Origin: Dictyostelium discoideum
Lineage: Eukaryota
Reading direction: 5' to 3'
Assembly: GCA_000004695.1 (NCBI GenBank)
Contig: CM000152.2
Location: 2,304,001 to 2,368,000, forward strand
Length of the DNA stretch: 64,000 nucleotides
Shown here: positions 25,919 to 38,556 of the stretch, in pieces
Position numbering within the stretch: position 1 is the first letter of the stretch
Layout of the letters: each line of letters begins with the position of its first letter
Translations under genes and position numbers: made by a program
Notes under the pieces: model-generated
What the model was told of the DNA's origin: nothing
The model's input: only the letters and a program-made list of their open reading frames with translations
Databases searched by the model: none

Positions 25919-26676
25919 ATTTTTATTATTATTATTATAATTAATTTTTTTTATTTTATTTTATTTTTATTTTTATTTTTATATTTATTAGAAAATTTTT
26001 TTATTATTCTATTACAAATAAAATATTTTTTGATTTGTTTTTTTTTTTAAAAAAAATGAACAAAAAAAAAAAAAGAAAAAAAAAAAAAAAAGAAAAAAAG
26101 AAAAAAAAAAAAAAGGGTAATAATTTAAAAAATAAATTAAATTTAAATAAATTTTTTTAAACCGGGTCACCAAATGAATTTATAAAAGAATTTCGTCAAC
26201 AAAGATCTTTTTAGATTGTTTTGTGATTATTTTTTTTTTTTTTAAAATTTGCGACCCAACCATTCCACAAACAAATGGTTTTTTTTTTTTTTTTTAATTT
26301 TGATTTTTTTAATATTTTTTATTTTTATTTTTATTTTTATTTTTATTTTTATTTTTTTTTATCGATACGAATTATTCCAAAAACAAATGGGTTTTTTTTA
26401 TTTTTCTTTTTTTATTTTTTATTTTTTTTTTATTTTTAATTTTATTTTGGCAAGTGGATTTTGCACCATTCAAAATTTTGACCTTTTTTTTTTTTTTTTT
26501 TATTTTTTTTGTTTTTTAAGTTATTATTATAATTGATTATTATCTTTTTATTAATACTAATTCTATTACTTTTATTTAAATCTATTTTTTATTATAAATA
26601 ATTTTAAGTCTCACAAAACTTTTTACTTAAAAAGGAAAAAGCCGAGAATAGCTAAAAATTTTAAATTTCATCAATA

Positions 26677-26748
26677 GTTTCGATAGCTCAGTGGAAGAGC
26701 AAGCGACTGCAAATCGTTAGGTCGCCAGTTCAATCCTGGTTCGGAACT
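26677..26748 (+). tRNA. tRNA-Cys (anticodon GCA)
   Basis: Hand-folded cloverleaf: acceptor stem GTTTCGA/TCGGAAC (one G-U pair), D arm GCTC-AGTGGAA-GAGC, anticodon stem AGCGA/TCGTT with loop CTGCAAA (GCA at 34-36), T arm GCCAG-TTCAATC-CTGGT containing the B box, discriminator T. A box TAGCTCAGTGG is present. Confidence 0.85.
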
Positions 26749-26760
26749 TTCGTTTTTGTT
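26749..26760 (+). terminator. RNA polymerase III terminator T-run downstream of tRNA-Cys
   Basis: tttcgtttttgtt immediately follows the tRNA and contains a T5 run. Confidence 0.5.
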
Positions 26761-27116
26761 TGAGATGGGGTCTCCGAACTTCGTATTTTATAAAAAATTG
26801 TTATTTTCGTCTTGGTAGCCATAAACATACAATAAAAACCAATGGCTACTACATTTTAAAATTAAAATTCTTTTTTTAGTTTAAATTACCAAATAACTAC
26901 TTTACTTTTTAAAATTAGAATTAATAAATAAACTATTAATTATTGTTTATTTCCTTTAATGGATAAACACTGATTAATCAATATTAATAAAAAAAAAAGA
27001 AAAAAAAAACACAATTGGTGGACTGCAAATTAACGTGGTCCATAATTCATTTAATTAATACAGTTTTATTAATTGATTAATTTATCAAATTTTTAAATAC
27101 TGCATTAAAATGTAAT

Positions 27117-27147
<31 letters not shown>

Positions 27148-27596
27148 TAATAATAACACAAGGTATATAAATATATATAACAGTTTTCTATTTAATTTAT
27201 AGACATTTTATTTAGAATTTTTATTACAATTGTTTACTTTTTTTTATTTAATTTAATTTATTTAGTTTTTTTTTTATTTTTTTATTTGGTTTTAAATATA
27301 GCACCAATTCAATTAACAGTATTTTGTCGACATGACTCAAAAGATAAAGATTTTTTTTTTTTTTTTTAAAAAAAAAAAATTCTTTGAAAATTATTAAATT
27401 AATTTTTTTTTTTTTTTTTTATTAAAAAATTAAGAATTGTTTAAAAAAAAAAAAACAATAAAAAGAAATTTTTTTTATTTATTTTTTTATTAATAACAAC
27501 AATTTAAAATTATTATTAAAATCATTTGTTTATTTATTTGTTTATTTATTTATTTATTTATTTATTACTTATTTATTTTTAATTATAAAATATTAA

Positions 27597-28754
<1,158 letters not shown>

Positions 28755-29647
28755 AAAAAAATAAAATAAAATCAAACTGCCATATTGTATAATTAATTTT
28801 TCTTTTTTCCATTCGATTTATTATATGATAAATTGTAATATTTTTTTTTTTTTTTTTTTTTCTTTAAATTTATTTTTAAAATATTATACATGTTTTCTTT
28901 ATTTTTTTTATTTTATTTTTTTATTTTATAAAACCAAATGAATTCTAATGTTTGATTAATGGCTATAAACACACTGACACTATTAAAGAGTGAAAAATTT
29001 CTTTTCTTGATAAACGAAATGGATATTGGTGAACTTCTAATTAATTGATTTTTTGGGTCATGTATATCAAAATTTAAATATTTAATATTATTAAAAAAAC
29101 TTTAAGAATTGGGAATTGACCAAGAGAGGAGCTATTCTTGATTGTATAAGGAATAAACTTAATGATTTTTGGTTTTGAAACAGGTGAGGCAGTATATCTT
29201 GGGGTTAAAATACTTTGCATTTTTTTTTTTTTTTTTTAATTGTTATTTGTTATTGTTTTAGTTTGTTTGTTAATGAAAAAAATTATAAATTTCCCTCATT
29301 TTATACTAAATAATTTTGTTAATCAAATAACACTGACTATTTTAAAAACTGGCACTGACACTGACCCCTTAATTGAAAAAAAAAAATAGCTGGAAAAAAA
29401 AAAAAAAAAAATTGAAAAAAAAGTTGAAAAAAATATCTGATAATAAGAATGTCAATGCAAAAAAAAAAAAAAAAAAAAATTAATAATATTAATTGTCACA
29501 CACAAACTTGAAGTGAATTAATAAAACCATGAGAAAATAAAATTTAAAAAACTAGTTTTAATAGAATAACAAATTACTAATTACAAATGAAACAAATTTT
29601 AATTTTATATTATATTTTATTATCTACACTTTTTTTTTTTACTTTAA

Positions 29648-29680
<33 letters not shown>

Positions 29681-29693
29681 TATTTTTTTTAAA

Positions 29694-30224
29694 TTATATT
29701 TTTTTAAATTGGTCAGTATCTATTTTTTTACCAATTTGCATTGATTCTTCAATCTCTTTTTGAATTCTTCTATCTCTATCTTCAGGCCATTCTGGAACAG
29801 TTAAACCAACTCTATTTGAAGATTTTTCAACTCTTTGTCTTGATGAAAGACCAATATTATATGAATCCAAAAGTTCCTACATAAATATATTTATATAAAA
29901 TATTAATATTGTTTATTTGTATAATTTTTTTTTTTTTTTTTTAATTATTAATTATTAATTATTAATTAATAATTTTTTAAACTTTTCCTAATTTATTCAT
30001 ACACTTAAATCTTTTGAACTTTTAATTAAATATCTATATGATTTAACCTTATCTTGTAATGATCTAATTTCATTTGGATCAGTAACATCTTTATTATCTC
30101 TGAATAATTGAATAACATTTGTTCTCCACCATGGATCATATTTAAATGTATTATATCTTGTACCTTCTCTAATTAATCTTCTAAATAAAACCATTGAAGA
30201 TGTTGTTATTGTATTAGTTGTCAT
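29694..30224 (-). CDS. small LYR-motif (Complex1_LYR-like) family protein; model complement(join(29694..29876,30003..30224)), 134 aa
   Basis: Exon 1 (MTTNTITTSSMVLFRRLIREGTRYNTFKYDPWWRTNVIQLFRDNKDV...KDLS) carries an L-x-x-LFRRxLR-type motif and ends at a GTATGA donor (30002..29997). The acceptor ATGTAG (29882..29877) opens exon 2, ELLDSYNIGLSSRQRVEKSSNRVGLTVPEWPEDRDRRIQKEIEESMQIGKKIDTDQFKKI. The family assignment is tentative. Confidence 0.5.
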
Positions 30225-30390
30225 TTTATTTAATTTTTTTCTTTTTTTTTTTTGCTTATGTTAAACACAAATATGCAATCACTTTTTTATTCGTTTTTTT
30301 AAAAAAAAAAAAAAATGAAAATAATTTCCCACAAAAAAAAAAAAATAAAAAAAAAAAAAAAAATTAAAAAAAAACTTTTATTTAAATATT

Positions 30391-30440
<50 letters not shown>

Positions 30441-31028
30441 AAACCATGTAAAACCTAAAAAAGTGATTTAAATTTATAAATCTTTTTTTTTTTTTTATTT
30501 AATATTAAAATTAAACACAAAATTTTAATTGGGTATTCAATTTTTTAAAAAAAAAAAAATATCCAATATTTTTTATAATTTTTTATATACCACATTTTTT
30601 ATTAACTTTATCTTTTTTTTTTTTTTTTTAATAATTTATTTTCAAAATATTATAAAATCATTTTTATTTACTCTTTTTTTTTGATTAATAATTTTGTTTT
30701 TAAAGGAAAAATAAAAATAAAAAAATAATTATAAAATATAATCGCATATGCAAAGTTAATTAGTTTATTAAAAATAGTAAATAAATTTTATTTTAAAGAT
30801 GATTATTTTGATAATGTATATAAATTTTATGTACAATAAGAAAAGAAAAAAAAAAAAAAAAAGTGGTAGACATGACAACTTCACAAATGTTCTGAGTTTG
30901 AGAACTTCATTCCTTTCTTCATTTTTTTTCTTTTTTTTGATTTTTTTTTTTTTTTTTGTGATTTGGAAAAAAAGGTGGAAAATAAAATAAAAAACTTGGA
31001 AAAAAAAAATGATGATATATATATTTCA

Positions 31029-31066
<38 letters not shown>

Positions 31067-31073
31067 GAAAAAC

Positions 31074-32933
31074 TTAATTAATGATACATTTTGACTTATT
31101 ATGTGGAGATTCAAAAGTAATTTTTGGCCTTCTATTACTTGAATTTCTTAAAGGTGGTTGAGGTGAAGAACGGTTTGGATTAAATTCAACTTTTGGAGAA
31201 GTGGAATTATTATTATTATTATTACTACTACTATTCTTTCTTTTACTTGATCTTGAACTCTTATCACGTGAGCCAACTCTATCAGCACGGTGGTGGTGGT
31301 GATTTGTTGGATTTAAATCTTCACCACTAATTTCATTATCATCTGAATAGTCTTCATCATCTTGACCACTACTAGCATCATTATCAGAGCATATATAATT
31401 CTCACGAATTAAAGCCACATCAGAAATATTTGTACCAATTGAACTCTTTTTAATATTTACAGGGTCGAGTTCAATTGGGTGCACTGGTAAACCATTAATT
31501 AAATGTTCATTATTATTTGTATTAAATAATAAATTATTATTTGAATCAAATATTAAATTATTATTTGAATCAAATAATAAATTATTATCTCCATTACCAT
31601 GAAATTGTTGTGATTGTTGTAGTTGCTGTTGTTGTTGTTGATGTTGATGTTGGTTATTATGATGATGATGATGATGATGATCACTACTATGTAATATTGG
31701 AGTTGATGGTGGTTGATCACCCACTGATATAGAGGGTATATATTCTGGATCTTGTAAATCTATTGTATTTCCATCATTTTCATAACCAAAAATAAGTTCA
31801 TCATCTCCTCCTCCTCCTCTACCACCTCCACCATCATCACCTTCATCATCACCATATGCCATCTCTAATGGTAAAAATTTACTTTCTTCTAATAATGGCA
31901 CAAATGGTTCTACCTCTGGTATATATTTAATACACCACCTAAATTTATGAAAATAAAAAAAAAGGTATTAATATTTATCTCTCTCTTATCTATTTAAATA
32001 GTTTTATTATTATTATTATTATTATTTATTTATTTAATACTTTACGGATGATTTTTAATTTGACCTAATGAAAATCTTTGAATATGATCAACTTGTAAAA
32101 TACCTTTAATTAAATTAACCAAATCTTTATCGAGATCATTTGGAAATTCTATTTTACATTTAGAGATATTTTCAAAAAGTACAAACATATTTGCACCGGA
32201 AAAAGGGAATTTACCAATGGTCATAAGGTATAATGTTACACCCATTGCCCAAATATCGATTTTAAATGGTGAAAATGTAGTTTGAAATTGTGTTAACTCT
32301 GGTGGTTGAAATGCTGGTGAACCATAACTTCTTGATAAACATTCAAAATCTTCCAATTGGCTACTATCCTCTGCAACTCCAAAATCACTCAATTTCAATA
32401 CATTTGCATGTGTAAATAGTATATTATCAGGTTTAATATCACGATGTAATATCTTTTGTGAATGAATATATTCACATGCTTCAATTAATTGTCTAAATAT
32501 ACTGTAATTATTATTATTATTAATAAAATATTTTATTTAATAATAAAAATAAAATATAAAAATTTTAAAAAATAAATAATACATACAATTGTGATTGGTG
32601 TGGTGGTAATCTACCATTTGGTGCATTTTCTAAAATATTTTGTGAAGTTCCACCACCAACATATTCATAGACAATGTACAGTTTACCTTTTTCCTCTATA
32701 ATGAAATGATCAATTAATTTGATTATATGTTTATTGTGTAACTTTTTTGTAATATTAATCTCTTTTAAAACTGATGCTTCCCCGCCAGGAATCTTTTTTA
32801 ATCTTGCTCTTTTTAATATTTTAACTGCTACTCTTTTTTGTGTAAATGAATCCATGCCATCTTTAACTTTACCATAAGCACCTAAAAATAATTAATAAAT
32901 AATAAATTAATATATTTCATACTATATATATAA

Positions 32934-32966
<33 letters not shown>

Positions 32967-33125
32967 CGATTGAAAAATACCTTCACCTAAAACTTCACCT
33001 AATATATAATGTTTAACTAATTTTGGTGTAGATTTTCTTGATCTATATGAAATGCCATTATCTTCATTTTCATTTAAATGAATTATAAAATTCGATGTAT
33101 ATGATGGTTGTTGTTCAACTTCCAT
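31074..33125 (-). CDS. lkb1: serine/threonine kinase LKB1 (STK11 orthologue); model complement(join(31074..31938,32046..32501,32587..32881,32981..33125)), 586 aa
   Basis: Four track ORFs carry consecutive kinase subdomains that align closely with human LKB1: [58 protein letters not shown], LFENI. The junctions are GTATTT/TTTTAG (phase 1), GTATGT/ATTACAG (phase 2, giving [30 protein letters not shown]) and GTAAAG/AAATTTAG (phase 2). The C-terminal His/Gln/Asn-rich tail is low complexity. Confidence 0.85.
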
Positions 33126-33469
33126 TATAAACTTATTATTATTATTATTAAATTATAAAATATTGCTATATAAATTTCTCTCTCTTTTTTTTTTGTGTTT
33201 GTGTTTGTTTTTTTTTTTGTTTTTTTTTTTTTGTGTGATTTGAGTTGAAGTGAAAGGGGGTTGAAACTGGGTTTAACTGAATTAGTTTTCTTTTTTTTTT
33301 GTGTATTAAAATTATAATGTGGTATCTAAATATAAAAAAAAAAAAAAATAAAAATAAAAATAAAATTTCCAATTAAAAAAAAAAAAATAATAATAATAAA
33401 CAATAATAATTATTTTTAATAGGTTTTTAGCTGATGTTATATAATTGTTTTATTTTTTAACGGACGCAT

Positions 33470-33517
33470 TTTTTTTTTTTTTTTTTTTTTATTTTTTTTT
33501 TTTTTTCAAAACAAAAG

Positions 33518-33598
<81 letters not shown>
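33470..33598. repeat. poly(T) homopolymer tracts (core run about 78 T at 33521..33598)
   Basis: Read directly from the sequence, upstream of the lkb1 start. Confidence 0.9.
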
Positions 33599-33949
33599 CA
33601 AACTGTTATTATTATTTTTATTTTTATTATAATTATTATTTAATTTAATTTTATTTTATCAAATTATACACACACCTCACACACAAGTAAACACATATAT
33701 TTATTTATTTATTTATATAAAGAAGAATGGTGGTGTGTGGGGGTTTGGTGGAATTTTTTTTGTTGTTGGTGAAATTTAAATTATATTCAAACAAAGGGGG
33801 TGGTAATGATTTTATTTTTTTTTTTTTTTTTTTGTTTGTTTTATTATTATTTTTTTATTTTTTATTTTTTATTTTTTTTTTTTGTTTTTTTTTTTTTGTT
33901 TTTTTTTTTTGATTATTATTTTATGTGGAAACAAAAAGAAGTCTAGATA

Positions 33950-33995
<46 letters not shown>

Positions 33996-34674
33996 TTTTT
34001 TTTAAGTGTCAATTTAAAAAATAAAAAAAAAACAAAACTATTTTTTTAAATTTTTTTTTCTTTTTTTTTTTTTTTTTTCTTTATTTTTTTTTAAATTTCA
34101 TTCGGACCCTGGTCGCGATTCGATCTCGCAAAAGAATAATTTTTATTATTATTTTTTTTTATTTTTTTTTGTTATTTTTTTTTTATTTTTTATTTTTTAT
34201 TTTTTTTTTTTCCATATATACACATATATAAAATTTTTATGTTTAGAAAATATATTTGAAATGTTTATTGTAAAAAGTTGAATTTGCAATATTAATAAAA
34301 AATTATTAATGCCATTAAATTTTACTATTTCAATTATTTTTTTATTTTCAAATAAAATAATTTTAAAATAATTTTAAAATAATTTTAAAATAATTTTATT
34401 TTAAAATTATATACATATTAATTATTATATTTTTTTTTTTTTTTCCTTTAAAAATTATTGATATTTTATCATCTATCTTTTAAATTATTATTGGTTTATT
34501 TTTTGTAGCATTGTCATAAACCACACGAAATTTCAAAAAAAAAAAAAAAAATAAAAAAAGTGGGTTTAGATATTTTTTTTTTCATTGGACTTCTTTTTTT
34601 TTTTATTTTTATACTATTATCATTTAATATTATTTTATTTATTTTTATTTTATTTTTTTAAAACTTTGTGGTGG

Positions 34675-34707
<33 letters not shown>

Positions 34708-34837
34708 ATAATATTATAGTATTAATGTAAAATTTTTTTAAAATTATTTTTAAATTTAACTTTTTTTAAAAAATAAAACATGACTTATAAAGTTAAATTA
34801 AGATTGATTTTTTTATTTATCTTATTTTTTTTTTTTT

Positions 34838-36213
34838 TTAATTTTTATTATTTCTTTTTTTAATTAATATAAAATTATCAGGACATGAAAGGCCAATTTT
34901 ATAACTTCCAAATCCATTAGTTCCTGGATTAATAAATTCATAACGATTAATTAAAGTTGCTAAAATTGTAAATAATTCAGATTTGGCAATTGATTTACCA
35001 ATACAATCTCTTACACCAATTCCATAAGCAGCTAAATCCATCTCATCATTTTCTTTTTCAAATCTTTCTGGTATGAAATCATTTGGTGATTTGAAAAATT
35101 TATTTGAGTACCTTTTGCAATTTTAATATGATTTATTTCAACATCTTCAATTAAATAATGAGGAGTAAACGCAGATAAAGGAAGAGCAGGATGAAGTCTA
35201 TATGTTTCTAATAAAAATGATTTTAAAAATGTGAAATTATTATTATATTTTGAGTTTAATAAAATCAATTCACCATGATTATTTTTCACTTGATCATATA
35301 ACTTAATTTGATAATTTCTATTATTAATTAATTCCACTAAACTAAATAAAGCAGTATTTGAAGTTAAATCTACACCAGTAAATAATAAATCTGCATAAAA
35401 ATAATAAATTTCTTTTAGTAATTTCATTTTTTTCATATAATTTTAAAAATTGATTTGGAATAGTAATATTTGTAAAATCATCTTTTTTTCATTTTCAATA
35501 TATTTATCTACCAAATCTGAAACCATTTCTATAAAAATACTATGTGGATCACATTTTAAATAATTACCAATTTTTGGTAAATATTGTAAAAAAACATTAA
35601 ATTTTGAAAAGTTTAAAAAATTATTAACTCCATTTACCAATTTACTAGCTTCACCATCATTTTCTACTTTAATAGGAAAGGAAAACCCAAAAATAAGTGA
35701 GCAAGTTATATTTAATGTAAATTGTTTAATTAAACTAATTAATTGAACTGGTTTACCTTGATTTGCAATTTCATCTAAAATTTCAATTAATTTTAAAAGT
35801 TCTCTATTAAAATGATGATCTTTAATTGATTTAATTTTGGAATTAGTAATTGTGAATAAAACTGCTGTTTTAATTTTACTATGAACTTCACCATTTGATA
35901 ATATTATACCAGCATTACCATTTTGGTATAAATCTCTTTTTTAAATAAATTTGAATTATCAATAAATGCTTTTTAATAATGGTTTTTCAGTTAAAACAAC
36001 AGTTTCAATATTTGCCATTTTAATTCTAAATATATTTCCATATTTATTATACAATTTTTGTAATTTTAAATGTGGTTCATTTTTTATTGTAGATAAATTA
36101 CCCAAAATTGGTAAACTAAATCCAGTCCTGGAATTTTAGAATTAATTTGGGATATTATAATTAGAGTTTTTTATTAAAAATATTATTAAAATAATAATTA
36201 TAAAATAAATCAT
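34838..36213 (-). pseudogene. cytochrome P450 pseudogene: frameshifted/deleted tandem duplicate of the intact P450 at 37132..38556
   Basis: Near-identical nucleotide stretches to the downstream P450 (the ttaattaatataaaattatcaggacatgaaa start region and the FGIGVRDCIGKSIAKSELF heme loop as AYGIGVRDCIGKSIAKSELF). The reading frame is broken into three or more pieces (track ORFs 34838..35041, 35032..35436, 35443..35640 and an unlisted N-terminal part up to the ATG near 36213). About 50 nt of net deletions relative to the intact copy. Confidence 0.75.
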
Positions 36214-37131
36214 TTCTAAAAAATCTTTTTATTGAGAGGTTTTTATATTTTTTAAAAATTGGTTAATATTAATAGTTTCCTAATTTTTTTCTTATTAGTT
36301 TAATAATCTAAACTTGTTTAATTTATTATAAATACTATATTTTTTATTTTTTTATTTTTTTATTTTTTTTCTAAAATTTTTATCCATCTTTTGACAAACA
36401 AAATAGATTTTTAAAATTTTTATTTACAAAAATAAAATTATTTTAAAAAAAAAATTATTAAGTATTACTTTAATTAATATGAAGGTGGTAGAATTAAAAT
36501 AAAATTTTAAAATTAATTGTAGTTATTTTATTATTAAAAATAGTTTCTTGCATTTTTTTTTTTTTTAGTTTTTTTTATTTTTTTTTTCTTTATAAAAAAC
36601 ACTTAATTCAATAATTCATTAATAAATACTACTAGTGAATTAAATAATTATTTTACAGGTATAAAATTTTGGAGAGTTTGGATTTTTCATCTATCGGTTT
36701 TCAATTAACTATTTTTATTTTATTTTTTTTTATAAAAATTAATTTTAAGTCTCCAATTAAAAAAAAAAAAAAAAAAAAAGGATATATCTGGTTCCATAAA
36801 TTTTATTATTTAATGTAAAAAAAAAAAAAAAAAATTAAATTATCTCTTTTTTTTTTACCCATTTTTTTTTCAAAAACCTTTTTATTTGAGAAAAAAAAAA
36901 ATAAAATTTTTTTTTATTTTTAGTGGAAAATATTTTATTTCAATTCCAACCCAATAATCAATTAGTTAAATGAATATATAATATTAATTATTATATATAT
37001 ATTATATATTTTCCTTTAAAAATAAATATTATTTTTTATTATTATTTTTATTTTTTATTTTTTATTTTAATTTAAATGGCTTTGGGACACATAATTTTTC
37101 CAAAAAATATAAAAAAATAAAAAAATTTGTT

Positions 37132-38556
37132 TTATTTTTTTTTTTTTCTTTTTTTAATTAATATAAAATTATCAGGACATGAAACACCAATACTAAAAGT
37201 TCCACACTTGTTTAAAGGAACTAATGGATTAGGATTAATAAATTCATAACGGTTAATTAAAGTTGCTAAAATTGTAAATAATTCGGATTTGGCAATTGAT
37301 TTACCAATACAATCTCTAACACCAATTCCAAATGTAACTAAATCCATCTCATCATTTTCATTTTCAAATCTTTCTGGTATAAACTCATTTGGTGATTTAA
37401 ATTGTTTATTTGATCTATGAGAGGAATAGATATTTAAAATAATTTGAGTACCTTTTGCAATTTTACAATCATTTATTACAACATCTTCATTTAAAAAATG
37501 GGCAGATAAAGGAAGAGCAGGATGAAGTCTATAGGTTTCTAATAAAACTGATTTTAAAAATGTGAAATTATTATTATATTTTGAATTAAATAATATCAAT
37601 TCACCATGATTATTTTTCACTTGATCAAATAACTTTATTTGATATTTTCTATTATTAATTAATTCCAATAAACAAAATAAAGCAGTATTTGCTGTTGAAT
37701 CTACACCTGTAAATAGTAAATCTGCGCAAGAAAATAATAAATTTCTTTTATTAATTTCATTTTTTTCATTTAATTTTAAAAATTGATCTAAAATAGTAAT
37801 ATTTGTAAAATCATCTTTTTTTTCATTTTCAATATATTTATCTACCAAATCTGAAACCATTTCAATTAAAACATTATGTGGATCACATTTTAATAAATTA
37901 CCAATTTTAGGAAAATATTGTAAAAATAAATTTAATTTTGAAATATTTAAAAAATTATTAATTGCATTTACCAATTTACTAGCTTCACCATCATTTTCTA
38001 CTTTAATAGGAAAAGAAGATCCAAAAACAAGTGAACAAGTTATATTTAAAGCAAATTGTTTAAATATTCCAATTAATTGAACTGGTTTACCTTGATTTGC
38101 AAATTCATCTAAAATTTCAATTAATTTTAAAAATTCTCTATTAAAATGATGTTCTTCAATTGATTTTATTTTGGAACTTGTAATAGTTGATAAAACTGCT
38201 GTTTTAATTTTATTATGAACTTCACCATTTGATAAAATTATACCAGCATTTTTATTTAAGTATAAATATCTTTTTTTAAATAAATTTGAATTATCAATAA
38301 ATGCTTTTTTTAATAATGGTTTTTCAGTTAAAACAACAGTTTCAATATTTGCCATTTTAATTCTAAATATATTTCCATATTTATTATACCATTCATGAAT
38401 TTTCAAATGTGGTTCATTATTCATTGAATGTAAATTACCCAAAATTGGTAAACTAAATCCAGGTCCTGGAATTTTAGAATTTATTTGATAAATTCTATTA
38501 TTTAAATTTTTTATTATTAAAAATATTATTAAAACAATTATTATAAAATAAATCAT
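37132..38556 (-). CDS. cytochrome P450 monooxygenase (474 aa, single exon)
   Basis: N-terminal membrane anchor MIYFIIIVLIIFLIIKNL followed by a PGPGFSLPILGNL hinge. ETYRLHP (ExxR region) and the heme-binding loop FGIGVRDCIGKSIAKSELF (FxxGxRxCxG) are present. Confidence 0.85.
   Translation of the reverse strand: MIYFIIIVLIIFLIIKNLNNRIYQINSKIPGPGFSLPILGNLHSMNNEPHLKIHEWYNKYGNIFRIKMANIETVVLTEKPLLKKAFIDNSNLFKKRYLYLNKNAGIILSNGEVHNKIKTAVLSTITSSKIKSIEEHHFNREFLKLIEILDEFANQGKPVQLIGIFKQFALNITCSLVFGSSFPIKVENDGEASKLVNAINNFLNISKLNLFLQYFPKIGNLLKCDPHNVLIEMVSDLVDKYIENEKKDDFTNITILDQFLKLNEKNEINKRNLLFSCADLLFTGVDSTANTALFCLLELINNRKYQIKLFDQVKNNHGELILFNSKYNNNFTFLKSVLLETYRLHPALPLSAHFLNEDVVINDCKIAKGTQIILNIYSSHRSNKQFKSPNEFIPERFENENDEMDLVTFGIGVRDCIGKSIAKSELFTILATLINRYEFINPNPLVPLNKCGTFSIGVSCPDNFILIKKRKKKK

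Larger units (their letters stand above)
21392..26540. repeat. tandem array of about 3 units of a ~1.95 kb repeat (promoter - MESLLP gene - conserved 3' flank blocks)
   Basis: Gene starts are spaced 2052 and 1868 bp apart. Shared non-coding blocks are seen directly, e.g. ttgggtgataatatct...gtaagtataaattaaatatc (22878 / 24826), aacaaccaat(a/g)ttgctgttaataaattaatgtgaaaagttcgccccccttttgccatcgttagttacaaactccatcaaaactaaaaagcttga (22998 / 24945), ggtgagtggtcaatccaaaaatt (23420 / 25303), and gaatttcg(c/t)caacaaagatcttttt(a/g)gattgtt upstream of each gene (22371 / 24399 / 26189). Confidence 0.8.

Noticed and set aside
21392-26540. Tandem repeats considered as CRISPR-like or satellite array
   Set aside because: Units are about 2 kb and gene-bearing, in a eukaryotic genome. 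This is not a CRISPR array or simple satellite.
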